A stretch of DNA of 63,227 nucleotides, filler included. It is 9 parts of 9 records of this genome, joined end to end, with 100 filler letters (N's around TTAATTAATTAA, not from the genome) between each part and the next. Parts side by side here need not be neighbours in the genome. Positions count along the whole stretch, not along the records: positions 33,166 to 44,858 come from SRR31147125_30055; positions 44,959 to 50,385 come from SRR31147125_30077; positions 50,486 to 57,980 come from SRR31147125_30079; 6 more parts are not named here. One strand, 5' to 3'. Below, piece by piece: positions 41,807-53,500 of this stretch. The position numbers and the translations under genes are program-made. Every line of letters starts with the position of its first letter. Position 1 is the first letter of the stretch. The notes under the pieces are model-generated. The model did no database searches and was not told where the DNA came from. It saw nothing but the letters and a program-made list of their open reading frames with translations.

Positions 41807-43411
41807 TTATTTATTTTTAAAAACTTCAGTTGTGCGTGGTTCTAAGGTTTCGTTTTTATGGTCGTTGTGTTTTAAAAATGTTGCTCGCAAACGTTCAATC
41901 AATTCTTTATGTTCCGGTTTGTCGATTAAATCATTTTCCTGCGCCAAGTCGTTACCCAGGTTATAAAGTTCAGTTGCTTTACTTTCTCTATCCACCAATA
42001 AAACCCAGTTGCCTTCCCGAATTGCACCATCGTAGGCAAAACCTGCCTGGTAAATAATAAAAGGATGAACCGGTGACTCATCGGTTTTTGTACCGGTAAT
42101 TAAAGGCAGCAACGAAGTACAATCCATTGCCTGGTCTTCCTGCATATCTTGATTGGTTATTTCGTACATGGTTGCTACCCAATCCTGTGCTAAAACAGGT
42201 TCATCCGAAACAAGTCCCGCATTGATTTTTCCCGGCCATTTGATAATAAAAGGAACCCGGTGCCCACCTTCGTAAACCATTGCTTTATATCCACGTAGTG
42301 GTCCATTATTGTCGTGTTCAGGGTCGCCAAAATCGCAAATGCGCGGCCATAAAGCACCGTTGTCGCTGGTAAAAAACAGGATTGTATTTTCAGTCAAACC
42401 TTCATCTTCCAGTTTTTGAATGAGTTTACCTACCTGCATATCGAGTTCGTACACAAAATCACCGGTTGCACCGCCGGTTATTCCATTAACCTGTTCGTTT
42501 AGTTCGCTGTCATCGCCATCAAAATCGTTAGGAGGAGTGTGTGGAACATGAATGGCTTGCGAGGCAAAATAGACCATAAAAGGTTTCTCTTCGCCTTTAA
42601 TCCGGTTCTGCTGAAGATGGTTATCGATAAAATTGATTGATTTGTTTATCATCATAATTCCGGTTTGACTTGAATTATAATCCACATCGCCAATACCCGG
42701 TTTTTTATTTTTGCCATGTTCAACAATTTCAGAGATTCCATTCTCCATTTCATAACGTCCATCTACCCATAATTTAGTGCTACGGTTATCGGCTGGTTTT
42801 GCTGGATTAAAAGGAGTGTAAATACCATTTTCAAAAAAAGCAAAAGGTTCGTGCTGGATACCGCTTGGAAGCGAATACGAATAATCAAAACCATATTCGT
42901 TTAAGGAATTATGAACTCCCTTGCTAAAATCCATAGTTGAAATTTCCTTTTGTTTACGAATTAGCTTTCCCTCTTTATCATGCACATCGCCACCCAAATG
43001 CGACTTCCCGAAAAAAGCTGTCCGGTAGCCAGCATTTTGTAAAATTTCGGCAACCGTAATTTTTCGTCCGGCTTTGGTATGCCCAAACGGGTCGGTAAAA
43101 ATAGATGGTGAATTTGTATTCCATGCCCCTCCAGCCTGGTACGAACGGTAGGGATAACTACCGGTTAACATGCTAAAACGCGATGGCGCACATAAAGCTG
43201 CCGGTGAGTGGGCATCCGTAAAACGGATACCATCTGCTGCCAGTTTATCGAGGTTTGGAGTGGGCAGTTTCCCTCCATAACTGCCCAAATCTCCATAACC
43301 AATATCATCCGCTAGAATGAATATTACATTTGGTAATTTATTATTATTCTGTGCAAATGCAGTTTGACTAAAAAGTCCGGTCAGTATCAGTAAAACAATA
43401 GTTTTGTACAT
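41807..43411 (-). CDS. Arylsulfatase-family (S1) sulfatase
   Basis: ADDIGYGD, CAPSR, GKSHLG, HVPH, SDNG, EGGHRVP. Confidence 0.93.
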   Translation of the reverse strand: MYKTIVLLILTGLFSQTAFAQNNNKLPNVIFILADDIGYGDLGSYGGKLPTPNLDKLAADGIRFTDAHSPAALCAPSRFSMLTGSYPYRSYQAGGAWNTNSPSIFTDPFGHTKAGRKITVAEILQNAGYRTAFFGKSHLGGDVHDKEGKLIRKQKEISTMDFSKGVHNSLNEYGFDYSYSLPSGIQHEPFAFFENGIYTPFNPAKPADNRSTKLWVDGRYEMENGISEIVEHGKNKKPGIGDVDYNSSQTGIMMINKSINFIDNHLQQNRIKGEEKPFMVYFASQAIHVPHTPPNDFDGDDSELNEQVNGITGGATGDFVYELDMQVGKLIQKLEDEGLTENTILFFTSDNGALWPRICDFGDPEHDNNGPLRGYKAMVYEGGHRVPFIIKWPGKINAGLVSDEPVLAQDWVATMYEITNQDMQEDQAMDCTSLLPLITGTKTDESPVHPFIIYQAGFAYDGAIREGNWVLLVDRESKATELYNLGNDLAQENDLIDKPEHKELIERLRATFLKHNDHKNETLEPRTTEVFKNK

Positions 43412-43462
43412 ATTAAAAAGTTTTGCGTCAATTCCTTTAATTAATTTCTTCCTATCAATCCT

Positions 43463-44842
43463 TTATCTTGGCAACTCGGTTCTTCGAGTTCTTATCACTT
43501 CAAATGGAAATTCTTTTGGGTCCCTTCCAAATTGTGGTGGTATATTTTTACTATTCCATTCATCGTATAATTGCATAAGTTCTTGTAATTTTTCAGGATG
43601 AGAATCTGCCAGATTGGTTGTTTCGTATGGGTCTTTTGAAATATTAAATAATTCAATTTTCTCATCAACTTTCACAAACTTCCAATCCAAAGTTCTCATT
43701 GCCGATTTTTTACCCTCTCTCCAAAAGAGTTTTTCATGAGGTGCTGTTTTATCATCTCCTTTCAGATATGGTAATAGATTTACTCCTTCCAAGTCCCATT
43801 CTTCCTGAATTGGTTCTCCAACGGCAGATAGTATTGTGGGAACAATGTCTAAAGACGAAATTGGCTTATTAAATGTGCTATTTTCAGGAATATTATTTTT
43901 CCATTTCACTAAAAAGGGAACGTGTACACCTCCTTCAAAATGCTGTCCTTTTTCGCCCCTTAAAGGCAAGTTGTATGAGAAATTTCCTTTGGGTTTTCCA
44001 CCATTATCACTTAAAAAGAATATTAGTGTGTTTTCTTCTAAACCATTTGCTTTAATGCTTGAAAGCACATTTCCGATGCTTAAATCCAATGCATAATTCA
44101 TTGCAGCCAATAATTTTCTTTTGGGGTGCTCGATATTAGCAAATTCCTTTAAATATTTTTCAGGAGCTTGCAACGGTGCATGAACTGCGTTGTAGGGCAA
44201 ATAGAGGAAAAAAGGATGATTCCGGTTTTTATCTATAAACGACAAAGCTTCGCGTGTAATTGCATCGGTGTAATACTCTTGCTCCATCACAAGTTCATCA
44301 TTATCGCGCATGTATTTTCGCTCTTTGTTATTCACGTCATCATAGCGAGCGGCACCTTCTAAAAATCCGAAAAACTCATCAAAACCTCTGCTTAGCGGAA
44401 AAAGTTCAGCATCACCAGACTCTCCTCCTAAGTGCCATTTCCCAAAACAAGCTGTATTGTAGCCTAACTTTTTAAGTCGGGTAGAAATAAATGTTTCAGA
44501 AAGTGGTACTCCAACTTTAACATCTTCACTTCTTTTTCTGGGGCCGGGAATAAATTCTGCGCCAAAGCGTTGTTGGTAACGCCCGGTCATCAATCCAGCC
44601 CGGGTTGGACTACAAACAGAGCCAGTAACATATCCGTTTGAGAATATGACACCTTCTTTTGCAAGTGCATCAATATTCGGCGTTGGAATATCTTTACAGC
44701 CGTTATAACCAACATCGGCATACCCCAAATCGTCGGCTACTATTACAACAATATTTGGTTTATTTATTGCTTTTTCGTTTTTACATGAAAAAAACAAAAC
44801 CAAAGTTGATATCAATAAAAAACTATATCCAATCCGTTGCAT
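43463..44842 (-). CDS. S1 sulfatase lipoprotein
   Basis: FSC lipobox, ADDLGY, CSPTRAGL.TG, GKWHLG, HAPLQ, SDNGG. Confidence 0.93.
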   Translation of the reverse strand: MQRIGYSFLLISTLVLFFSCKNEKAINKPNIVVIVADDLGYADVGYNGCKDIPTPNIDALAKEGVIFSNGYVTGSVCSPTRAGLMTGRYQQRFGAEFIPGPRKRSEDVKVGVPLSETFISTRLKKLGYNTACFGKWHLGGESGDAELFPLSRGFDEFFGFLEGAARYDDVNNKERKYMRDNDELVMEQEYYTDAITREALSFIDKNRNHPFFLYLPYNAVHAPLQAPEKYLKEFANIEHPKRKLLAAMNYALDLSIGNVLSSIKANGLEENTLIFFLSDNGGKPKGNFSYNLPLRGEKGQHFEGGVHVPFLVKWKNNIPENSTFNKPISSLDIVPTILSAVGEPIQEEWDLEGVNLLPYLKGDDKTAPHEKLFWREGKKSAMRTLDWKFVKVDEKIELFNISKDPYETTNLADSHPEKLQELMQLYDEWNSKNIPPQFGRDPKEFPFEVIRTRRTELPR

Positions 44843-44958
44843 TATTGATTTAATTTTTNNNNNNNNNNNNNNNNNNNNNNNNNNNNNNNNNNNNNNNNNN
44901 NNTTAATTAATTAANNNNNNNNNNNNNNNNNNNNNNNNNNNNNNNNNNNNNNNNNNNN

Positions 44959-45586
44959 CACGTCCGGGGAAATGGGTTCAAGAGGCACACCGGAACAACG
45001 CCGGGAGGAAGCGAAAAAAGCAGCCGACATATTAGGTGTAAAAGAGCACCGGATATTGGATATCCCGGATGGAAGTGTGCAAATTACCAATGAAAACAAG
45101 ATCAAAGTCATTCAACAAATCCGGGCTTTTCAGCCACGAGTTGTGTTTGCACCATACTGGAATACCAGACATCCGGACCATGGAAATTGTTCCCATTTAG
45201 TGCGGGAGGCAGCCTATTTTGCCGGACTAAAACAGATCCAAACCGGGCAGGAGCACTTTAGACCGGCCAAGGTCATTTACTATATGGAACTGTATGATTT
45301 CGATCCTTCTTTTATAGTGGATGTTTCAGACACATTTGAGAAAAAAATCAAAGCGATGCAGGCATATGAATCGCAGTTTTACACACCGGGTAAAGAGAAC
45401 AATAAAGGTGAAACAGAAACTTTTATCAGCACACCCGAATTTTTACAATCCATTATTATACGGGGACAGTATTGGGGAACAAAAATCGGTGTTAAATATG
45501 GGGAACCATTTCTTATCAGGGAACCGCTTAGAATAAATGATCCGGTTCACCTGTTTGGTGAACCGGATCCGACGAGAATGCCCTGA
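44959..45586 (+). CDS. bshB1: Bacillithiol biosynthesis deacetylase (PIG-L family), 5' truncated
   Basis: GEMGSRGT...R..EA..A, RHPDH, VDVSD.FEKK....AY.SQF, G..IGVKYGEPF. Confidence 0.82.
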
Positions 45587-45641
45587 TGTTAACGTTTATA
45601 TAAAAATATTTAAATGATTAATATCAGAACGACTATCCTTA

Positions 45642-46471
45642 CTATTTACGAATCCCGATTTGTTGCTGTGTATTTATTGGTAATTGAATCGGACCAAAAG
45701 GGGTATTGAGTGCCGCACTGCCATTAATGGCACAATCAATTTCCTTACCAGTCAAAGCGGATGTCAGAGAGGAAGCAACTCCAAAAAAACTAAAAGAGAT
45801 TGGCAACCGAATTTCACCTGCTCCTTTAGCCGGCACTTTTGCCAGATTTTCCGTAATACCTTTAGCAACCTGACTACCTGCCAGATTTATCTGATAATCC
45901 AATTTACCTATATCAAATGAAAAAGCATTTGGATTGTCCAGCTTTAGATCGAGTTCCATAACGACACCGCTGAAATCCAGTTTTGACACTTTTAAATTGC
46001 TAAGTGAAATTTTTGGCAATCTCAGGTTGGGTAAATTACCGGATTTACTAAATGGTATTTTGAACCCGGCTAACAATCCCGAGGGGCGAAAGTTACCACT
46101 GATACTGTACGAAAGCGAATCCAGGTTTTTGGTTTGTTTGACAAGATTATACAATTCCTGAAAATTTATTGTAAGCGGAATGGCCAAAGAGCTGTTGCCC
46201 GCACTGGATATTTTTATTTCCTCACTTGCTTCACCTTTAAGAAATTCGTTATTTTCCAGAACAAATGAATAATCATATCCATTCAACTGAATGCCAAACT
46301 GATTTGGGTTATTAATGAGTAAATCAAATTGCAGCGTAATATCATTAAAAGAAAAATCGGAAATGTTCATGGATTCCATTTTTACAGTGGGTGGCTGCAC
46401 CATTTTTTCAAGTGTTGCACAGCCTGATAAAAATGCCAGCAGTACTGAAAAAGTAAAATTTTTACCTTCAC
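45642..46471 (-). CDS. LEA_2/WHy tandem-domain lipoprotein
   Basis: Two NPN.F WHy motifs. LSGC lipobox is in frame upstream of the tracked start; the GTG at 46471 after an AAGGAAGG RBS joins if one A is restored in an A run. Confidence 0.8.
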
Positions 46472-46516
46472 AATAAAATTTCCTTCCTTTTCAGGATGAA
46501 TAATAATTATTTGACT

Positions 46517-47287
46517 TTAATGGGAAACAATAGCCACACTGGCACTGGCTCCTATACGATCTGCTCCGGCATGAATCATGGCGACAGCCGTTTCATAATC
46601 ACGGATACCACCAGCCGCTTTCACGCCCATATCCGGTCCGACAACCTGACGCATAAGCTGAACGTCGTCAATTGTTGCACCGGATTTATTGAATCCGGTT
46701 GATGTCTTAACGTAATCGGCACCAGCCTTTTTAACGAGTAAGCACGCAGCTACTTTTTCCTCATACGTCAACAGGCATGCCTCAATAATGACTTTAATTT
46801 TTGCCTGTTCTGATACCTGTACAACAGATCGAATGTCATCGTATACAACTGTTAGATTTCCAGCTTTTAGTTCGCCAATATTCAGCACCATATCAACTTC
46901 ATGGGCGCCCTCTTTAACAGCTGTTTTTGTTTCTTCCATTTTAGTAACCGTACTGTTTGCACCAAGAGGAAAACCGGCGACCGTGCAAACAGAGACGTCT
47001 GAGCCTTTTAATTCTTTGGCGCACACGCTAACCCAATAAGGATTGACACAGACGGAAGCGAAATGATTTTCTTTTGCTTCCGCACACAATTGAATTATTT
47101 GTTCTTTTGTTGCTTCTGGTTTTAGAATTGTATGGTCAATCGATCCGGCTAAAAATTCTTTTGTAATCGGTTCTGCATTTTTTTGTTCGCCAGTGACTTC
47201 ACTATTCAAACTTTTATTATCATTATCTTTATTCCCCATATTTCGGAGAAATTCATCTACTATTCTTTGCATATCGTTATCTGACAT
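46517..47287 (-). CDS. deoC: Deoxyribose-phosphate aldolase with about 40-aa N-terminal extension
   Basis: [42 protein letters not shown]. Start ATG 47287 follows AAGGA. Confidence 0.93.
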   Translation of the reverse strand: MSDNDMQRIVDEFLRNMGNKDNDNKSLNSEVTGEQKNAEPITKEFLAGSIDHTILKPEATKEQIIQLCAEAKENHFASVCVNPYWVSVCAKELKGSDVSVCTVAGFPLGANSTVTKMEETKTAVKEGAHEVDMVLNIGELKAGNLTVVYDDIRSVVQVSEQAKIKVIIEACLLTYEEKVAACLLVKKAGADYVKTSTGFNKSGATIDDVQLMRQVVGPDMGVKAAGGIRDYETAVAMIHAGADRIGASASVAIVSH

Positions 47288-47324
47288 AATAAAACTGTCC
47301 TTTATATTCTGTACTAGAGTTCTG

Positions 47325-48674
47325 TTATCTCTTTTTGAATCGATCCACAAGGCTTTGAGCTTCATCTGTTGCAGGAGCTTCGGCAATAACGCGAATAATC
47401 GGTTCTGTGTTGGATGCACGAATGTGAACCCAGGAATTTTCATAAATAAATTTTACTCCGTCAACCGTATCCATTTCTTCGCCTCTGTGCGCTTTTTCCA
47501 GATCAGCCACTGTTTTTTTAGCATCAGCATCAAACGGGAGTTGAATCTTTTCTTTAACCATGATATACTGTGGCATTGAGACAAAAAGTGTTGACATTTT
47601 TTCGTTTGCTTCAGAGAGATATTGCAATATCAGAGCAATTCCAACCATAGCATCCCGGCCAAAATGCAGTTCCGGATAAATAACGCCACCATTTCCTTCG
47701 CCACAGATGACGGCATCTATGTCGCGAGCTTTGGAAGCCACATGAATTTCGCCAACCTTTGTACGATAAGTTTTTGCCGAATATTTTTTAGCAATGTCAT
47801 CGATGGCTCTTGTAGTCGAGGCATTCACAACAACATTACCGGATTTTTTTGATAAAACAAACTCGGTTGCAAGCGCCAAAGTATATTCTTCACCCAAAGG
47901 TTTACCTTTGTCTGACACCAGCGCCAAACGGTCCACGTCCGGATCAACAGCGACACCCAAATCCGCCTGGTGATCCGTCACAGCCTGACACAGTTCTCCG
48001 AGATTGGCTGGAACGGGTTCCGGATTTCGGGGAAATTGCCCGTTAGGTTCCAGATTCAGGAAAACAACTTCACATCCGAGTTCCTGAAATAGCTGCGGGA
48101 GTATAGTAGCGCCAGCACCATTACAACAATCCACAACAATTTTAAACTTTTTACTTTTAATTTTGTCTTTATCAATGAATTGCAGGTCTGTAATGGCTTG
48201 AATATGTTCCTGAACAGCTGTATCATAGGAAAAAACATGGCCAACACGGTCCCAGGAGCACAAAGAGACGTTTTCATTTTTTATTCGCTCCAGTATACGT
48301 TCTCCCTGTTCAGCTGTTAAAAACAAACCATCAGGTGCCAACAGTTTGAGCGCATTCCATTCTTTTGGATTATGACTGGCAGTGATAATAATACCACCAG
48401 CGTGTTCGCTCTTTTCAGTAACCAACTCTGTTGTTGGAGTGGAAGCCATATTGATATCCACAACATCACAACCAACGGACATAAGCCCTGACCATACCGC
48501 GTATTTTACCATGTCGCCGGTTACGCGGGAATCACGGCCGACAACAATTTTTCCCGGTCCAAATTCACTACCATAAGCTTGTGCAAACCTTGTTATAACG
48601 TCCGGTGTCAACCCATCTCCGACAATACCCCGTACGCCAGATACGGATATCATTAAATTTTTCAATTCTGCCAC
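47325..48674 (-). CDS. glmM: Alpha-D-phosphohexomutase (phosphoglucosamine mutase-like)
   Basis: SGVRG, GRDSR, TASHNP, DPDVDR, GEGNGG, RASNTEP. Substrate is not resolvable from motifs; adding one A gives a more natural C-terminus KKEITEL. Confidence 0.75.
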   Translation of the reverse strand: MAELKNLMISVSGVRGIVGDGLTPDVITRFAQAYGSEFGPGKIVVGRDSRVTGDMVKYAVWSGLMSVGCDVVDINMASTPTTELVTEKSEHAGGIIITASHNPKEWNALKLLAPDGLFLTAEQGERILERIKNENVSLCSWDRVGHVFSYDTAVQEHIQAITDLQFIDKDKIKSKKFKIVVDCCNGAGATILPQLFQELGCEVVFLNLEPNGQFPRNPEPVPANLGELCQAVTDHQADLGVAVDPDVDRLALVSDKGKPLGEEYTLALATEFVLSKKSGNVVVNASTTRAIDDIAKKYSAKTYRTKVGEIHVASKARDIDAVICGEGNGGVIYPELHFGRDAMVGIALILQYLSEANEKMSTLFVSMPQYIMVKEKIQLPFDADAKKTVADLEKAHRGEEMDTVDGVKFIYENSWVHIRASNTEPIIRVIAEAPATDEAQSLVDRFKKR

Positions 48675-48841
48675 GTTTCGCCTCGATATATTTGTTGTTA
48701 ATAATTACTTACTTGTTGTTATTATATCTATTTACCAGGAATTCTCATAACCGCAAGGAACGATTTGAGGTTTAATAAATTCCAGGTTTAAACATTTTTT
48801 CAAAGAATCCAAACCGTTATAAAAGCCCGAAATAAATACCT

Positions 48842-49860
48842 TTAGAGCGTTTTCTTTTGTTTTTGCAGCCAATTAAGAGCAGCCTTGAAAATAATTTCGT
48901 GTCCGCCATCAAAAATCGTCATCCGGGTCTTATTACTGACACGTCGAAAGAGCACTTTATTTTCACCATAATTGGGATCGAAAAATTTTCCTGCAATCCC
49001 TGAGGTACTGTTTGTTGATTGACAAAAAAATCAATGTCCGTTGTAGAAATTTTATCGGCATCTGTGGCCAATACATTAAAGGCATTAATGGTGTGACTAA
49101 TGGGCACACTGCCACTATGACCATCGTGAATACCCGCGTTTATATCCAAAGGTAGATTTTTCGCATTTTGAAGAAAATGTATGGGGGATCTGTTAAAATA
49201 CTCTCTTGCTACCGCCTCTGTTTCTCCGGGGAATCCACCACAGGATGCAACAACATCTCCCGCATATTTGCTTTTTCTAGCCAGACTTTCATAATACCAC
49301 TCTTTAAGATTGCTAATGGGTACCCACGCGGAGACAGCTGCCCATATTTCCGGTGTTTTTCCTGCCATCATAAGGGATGTGTATCCACCTCCGGACACAC
49401 CGACCAGATAGATTCGATTTGTATCGATCTTGCAATGTTCTTTTGCATAGGTGACGGCACTTTTAATATCCTTTACAACCAGGTCCGAACCTGTTGCCTG
49501 CGGCGTTTTATTTGGACCTCTAAAATTTGGATGAATAAAAACCCAATCCTTTTTCATGCACCAGGTTGCATAAGGTACACTGGATTTTTGCCGGTAATCA
49601 CCAGACCATGTATGAAGAGCGACCAGTAAGGGTTTGAGATTATTACTGCCGGAATCATAAAACAATGCCGGTTGATCGCTGTTATCAGCCGAGCTTTTAT
49701 ATAAAATGTCTTTTACCTCAATTGGCCATTCCGGCTCTTTTTTTTGTGTTGTCTCTTTCGTTGTAGAATCTTTTGTTTTAACGCCTGGAATAATGGAGCC
49801 ACAGTTAAGACTCAAAATCAGAAATAATAATCCTGCCAGATAAACTATTAACTTTTTCAA
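48842..49860 (-). CDS. Alpha/beta-hydrolase (peptidase S9/esterase-like) lipoprotein; apparent indel near 48985
   Basis: LHTWS, PNFRG, GVSGG nucleophile elbow, HDGH; the shifted frame supplies FDGGHE and a stop at 48842. Confidence 0.8.
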
Positions 49861-49888
49861 AGTGATCCTTTCTTAAATGACTATTTTT

Positions 49889-50343
49889 TTACCAGATATC
49901 ACTTAACAGGTCTGCTATAGGTTGCAATCCCTGGGCATCGCTTTCATCAAAATCGTTCATTTTTTCACTATCTACATCCAATACCGCTCTTATGATACCG
50001 GATTTATCAAAAACAGGTATAACTATTTCAGAATTGGACCGCGAATCACAGGCAACATGACCTGGAAATTCATGCACATTTGGAACAATGAGTTTTTCCT
50101 TCTTTTGGCGCACGCGGCACAAACACCCTTTGTTAGGGACAATCTGACGCAGGCAGGAGGTCCTTGAAAAGGGCCTAAAACAAGACAATCCTCTTGAACA
50201 AAATAAAATCCAACCCAAAATCCGGGTAAATATTCTTTCAGGATGGCTGCGGTATTTGCCAGGGTCGCTACAACGTCAATGTGGCGCAGAACCTGAGCCC
50301 GTACCCTTTTGGCAGCCCATTTATAAGCTTCTTTTTTATCCAT
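49889..50343 (-). CDS. msrC: GAF-domain free methionine-R-sulfoxide reductase-like protein; apparent indel near 50100
   Basis: WVGFY, LGPFQGPPAC, GVC, then FPGHVACD..S.SEIVIP, LDVDS, FDE.D. Confidence 0.8.
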
Positions 50344-50504
50344 TTTTTCCTCAGTTTATTATGAATCGATACCAAGTATTTTTCGNNNNNNNNNNNNNNN
50401 NNNNNNNNNNNNNNNNNNNNNNNNNNNNNTTAATTAATTAANNNNNNNNNNNNNNNNNNNNNNNNNNNNNNNNNNNNNNNNNNNNTAAACCAAAATGTAA
50501 AATT

Positions 50505-53500
50505 ATGAAAAAAAATTGGCTATACCTCTATGTCGATCCGGGGGTATCTAAACTTTTAAGAAAAATGAGAATAACGGTATTTTTGTTATTTGTAGGTTTT
50601 TTGGGAAGCATAGCATCAGAAAGCTATTCGCAATCAACGAAACTAAATCTCGAGATAAAAAACTCTACAGTAAAAGAGATTCTTGGTAAGATCGAAGATC
50701 AAAGTGAGTTTCGGTTTTTTTATAGTGGGTCTGTTAATGTAGATCGGAAAACATCGATTTCGCAGAAAAACAGTAAAATTATTGATATACTCGATGAATT
50801 GTTTGAAGGTTCAGGTGTGAATTATGAAATAATGGGAAGGCAAATTGCACTTGTTCAGGGCAACGAATCCTTTGGATTTAACTTTAAACAATCACAACAA
50901 AGAACAGTTTCCGGAACAGTTTCCGACGAATCGGGTGAACCTTTACCCGGAGCAACTGTGCTAATAAAAGGTACTACTACCGGAACTGTAACCGATGCAA
51001 ATGGAAGATTCGAATTAAGTAATGTTGAGCAAAACAGTACCTTAATTATTTCATTTGTTGGAATGAGTACCAGTGAAATTGTAGTTACAAAATCAAAGAT
51101 TGATGTGGTGCTTGTTACCGAAACAATTGGATTAGAAGAAGTTGTTGCAATCGGATATGGTACACTAAAAAAGGTGGATGTAACAAGTGCTGTTTCATCG
51201 GTAAAATCTGACGACTTTGTGAAAGGTGGTGTAAAAGATGTTGGTCAGTTAATTCAGGGGAAAGTTGCCGGATTAACAATTACATCAAGTAGTGGTAATC
51301 CATTATCGAATACTCAAATTACTTTACGTGGAAATACAACATTGTTCGGAACAAGTAGTAATCCTCTTGTTTTGATCGATGGAGTACCCGGAGATTTTAA
51401 TACAGTAGCTGCTGAAGACATTGAATCGATTGATGTTTTGAAAGATGGTTCAGCAGCAGCAATTTATGGCACGCGTGGTACAAACGGCGTAATTCTTATT
51501 ACTACAAAAAGAGCTAGCGGAGTTTACGATGCTACCGTTGAATATACGGGTTATATGACTACCCAGGTAATTTCAAGGCAATTAGATATGCTCGATGCTG
51601 CCGATTATCGCCAACAAATTTCAAGCGGAATTCGTGAAGCTAGTGATGACTTTGGTGCCACAACAAATTGGTTAGATGAAATTACTCAAACTCCTGTTAC
51701 TCAGGTGCATAATCTTACATTTCGCGGAGGGAACACTAAAACCAATTATTTGGCAAGTATTAATTTTAACGATGCTGAAGGTATTTTTCAGAAAACCGAT
51801 AAAAGGACTTTTACAGCTCGTACCGATGTAAACCATTCAATGTTTGATGGTTTGGTTAAAGTAAATCTGGGATTAATTTCAAGAAATATTTATCATTCAA
51901 ATGTTTCAAATACTGATTACACATACCGACAAACTTTAATTTATAATCCAACTGCTCCAATTACAAACGAAAACGGAAGTTGGTATGAAAATCCAGGTGC
52001 TTTTAATTACGACAATCCGTTAGCACGTATTAACGAAAGTGACGGCGAAAACCGCTCGCAGTGGTCGAGAATGAATGCCACTGTTGTTATTAATCCATTC
52101 GAAGGATTAACATTGAAGAGTTTAGTTAGTTATTCAAAATATAATTCGAGAGGAAGTTTTTACGAAACTAAAAATCATATCTCAACTATTCGTGCCGGAC
52201 TAAATGGTTATGCTTCTAATACCTCAGTTGAATCGATCGATCGATTGGTAGAGCTTACTGCAGAATATGTAAAGACTTTTGGAGAACATCGTGTAACTGC
52301 TCTTGGTGGTTATAGTTATCAGGATAACGATTGGCATGATATGAGCATGACTAATCAGGATTTTCCAACAGACTTATTCGGAGCAGACCAGATTCAACTG
52401 GGAACTGGAATTATTGAAGGTGGAACTTCGTCGGGCATAGAAAGTTCACGAAATAAAACCAACTTAATTGGATTTTTCGGAAGGCTAAACTACAATTACA
52501 AAAATCGTTATTTGTTAATGGCCAGTTTACGTCACGAAGCTGCAAGTCAGTTATATGGCACTGAAGATCCTTGGGGGACTTTCCCGTCAGTTTCTTTGGG
52601 CTGGCGTGTTTCTGAAGAATCTTTTATGAAAGATGTTTCTTTTGTAAATGACCTAAAAGTTCGTGCTGGTTATGGTGTTACAGGTACTCAGCCAAGTAGT
52701 TTATTTCTTGGAGTAGCAACAATCGGTTATTCTGGTGTTGTTTATTCAAACGGTGAATGGATGAAAACACTTGCTCCAACCCGAAATCCAAATCCATATT
52801 TACGATGGGAAGAGAAAAAAGAAACCAATATCGGAGTTGATTTTGCAGTTGCCGATAATCGTATAAGCGGTAGTATCGATGCTTATAACCGAACAATCGA
52901 TGGCCTTTTATATGATTATACTGTTCCGGTTCCACCAAATTTGGTTACAACAACACGTGCCAATGTTGGTAAAATGGAAAATAAAGGAATCGAAGTACTT
53001 TTAAATATTGTTCCTGTTAGTAAGAATGATTTTGAATGGATGAGTAGTTTCAATTTTTCAACCAATTCAAATAAACTGGTTAGCCTTTCAAACGATTTAT
53101 ATCAGGCTACTCAGGAATATTTTACTGATGGACACACCGGTGAACCAATTCAAACATTTACACATCGTATTGATATTGGTGATGAGATAGGAAATTTCTA
53201 TGGCTTCAAAGTTATTGATGTAGATGAGAATGGAAAGTGGATTTACGAAGATCAGGATGGTAATGCTGTTCCCTACGACGAATTTTCGCATGCTTTTGAA
53301 GATAAAAAAGTTTTAGGTAATGGTTTGCCTAAATTATATGCTGGCTGGAATAACAGTATTCGTTTTAAAAACTTCGACTTTAGTATGTCTATGCGTGGTG
53401 CATTTGGTTATCAAATCTTAAATTTTGAAAGGATGTACCTTGAGAATACAAAAACTGTACAATATAACAGGTTATCGTCTGCTTACGATAAAGTATTTGG

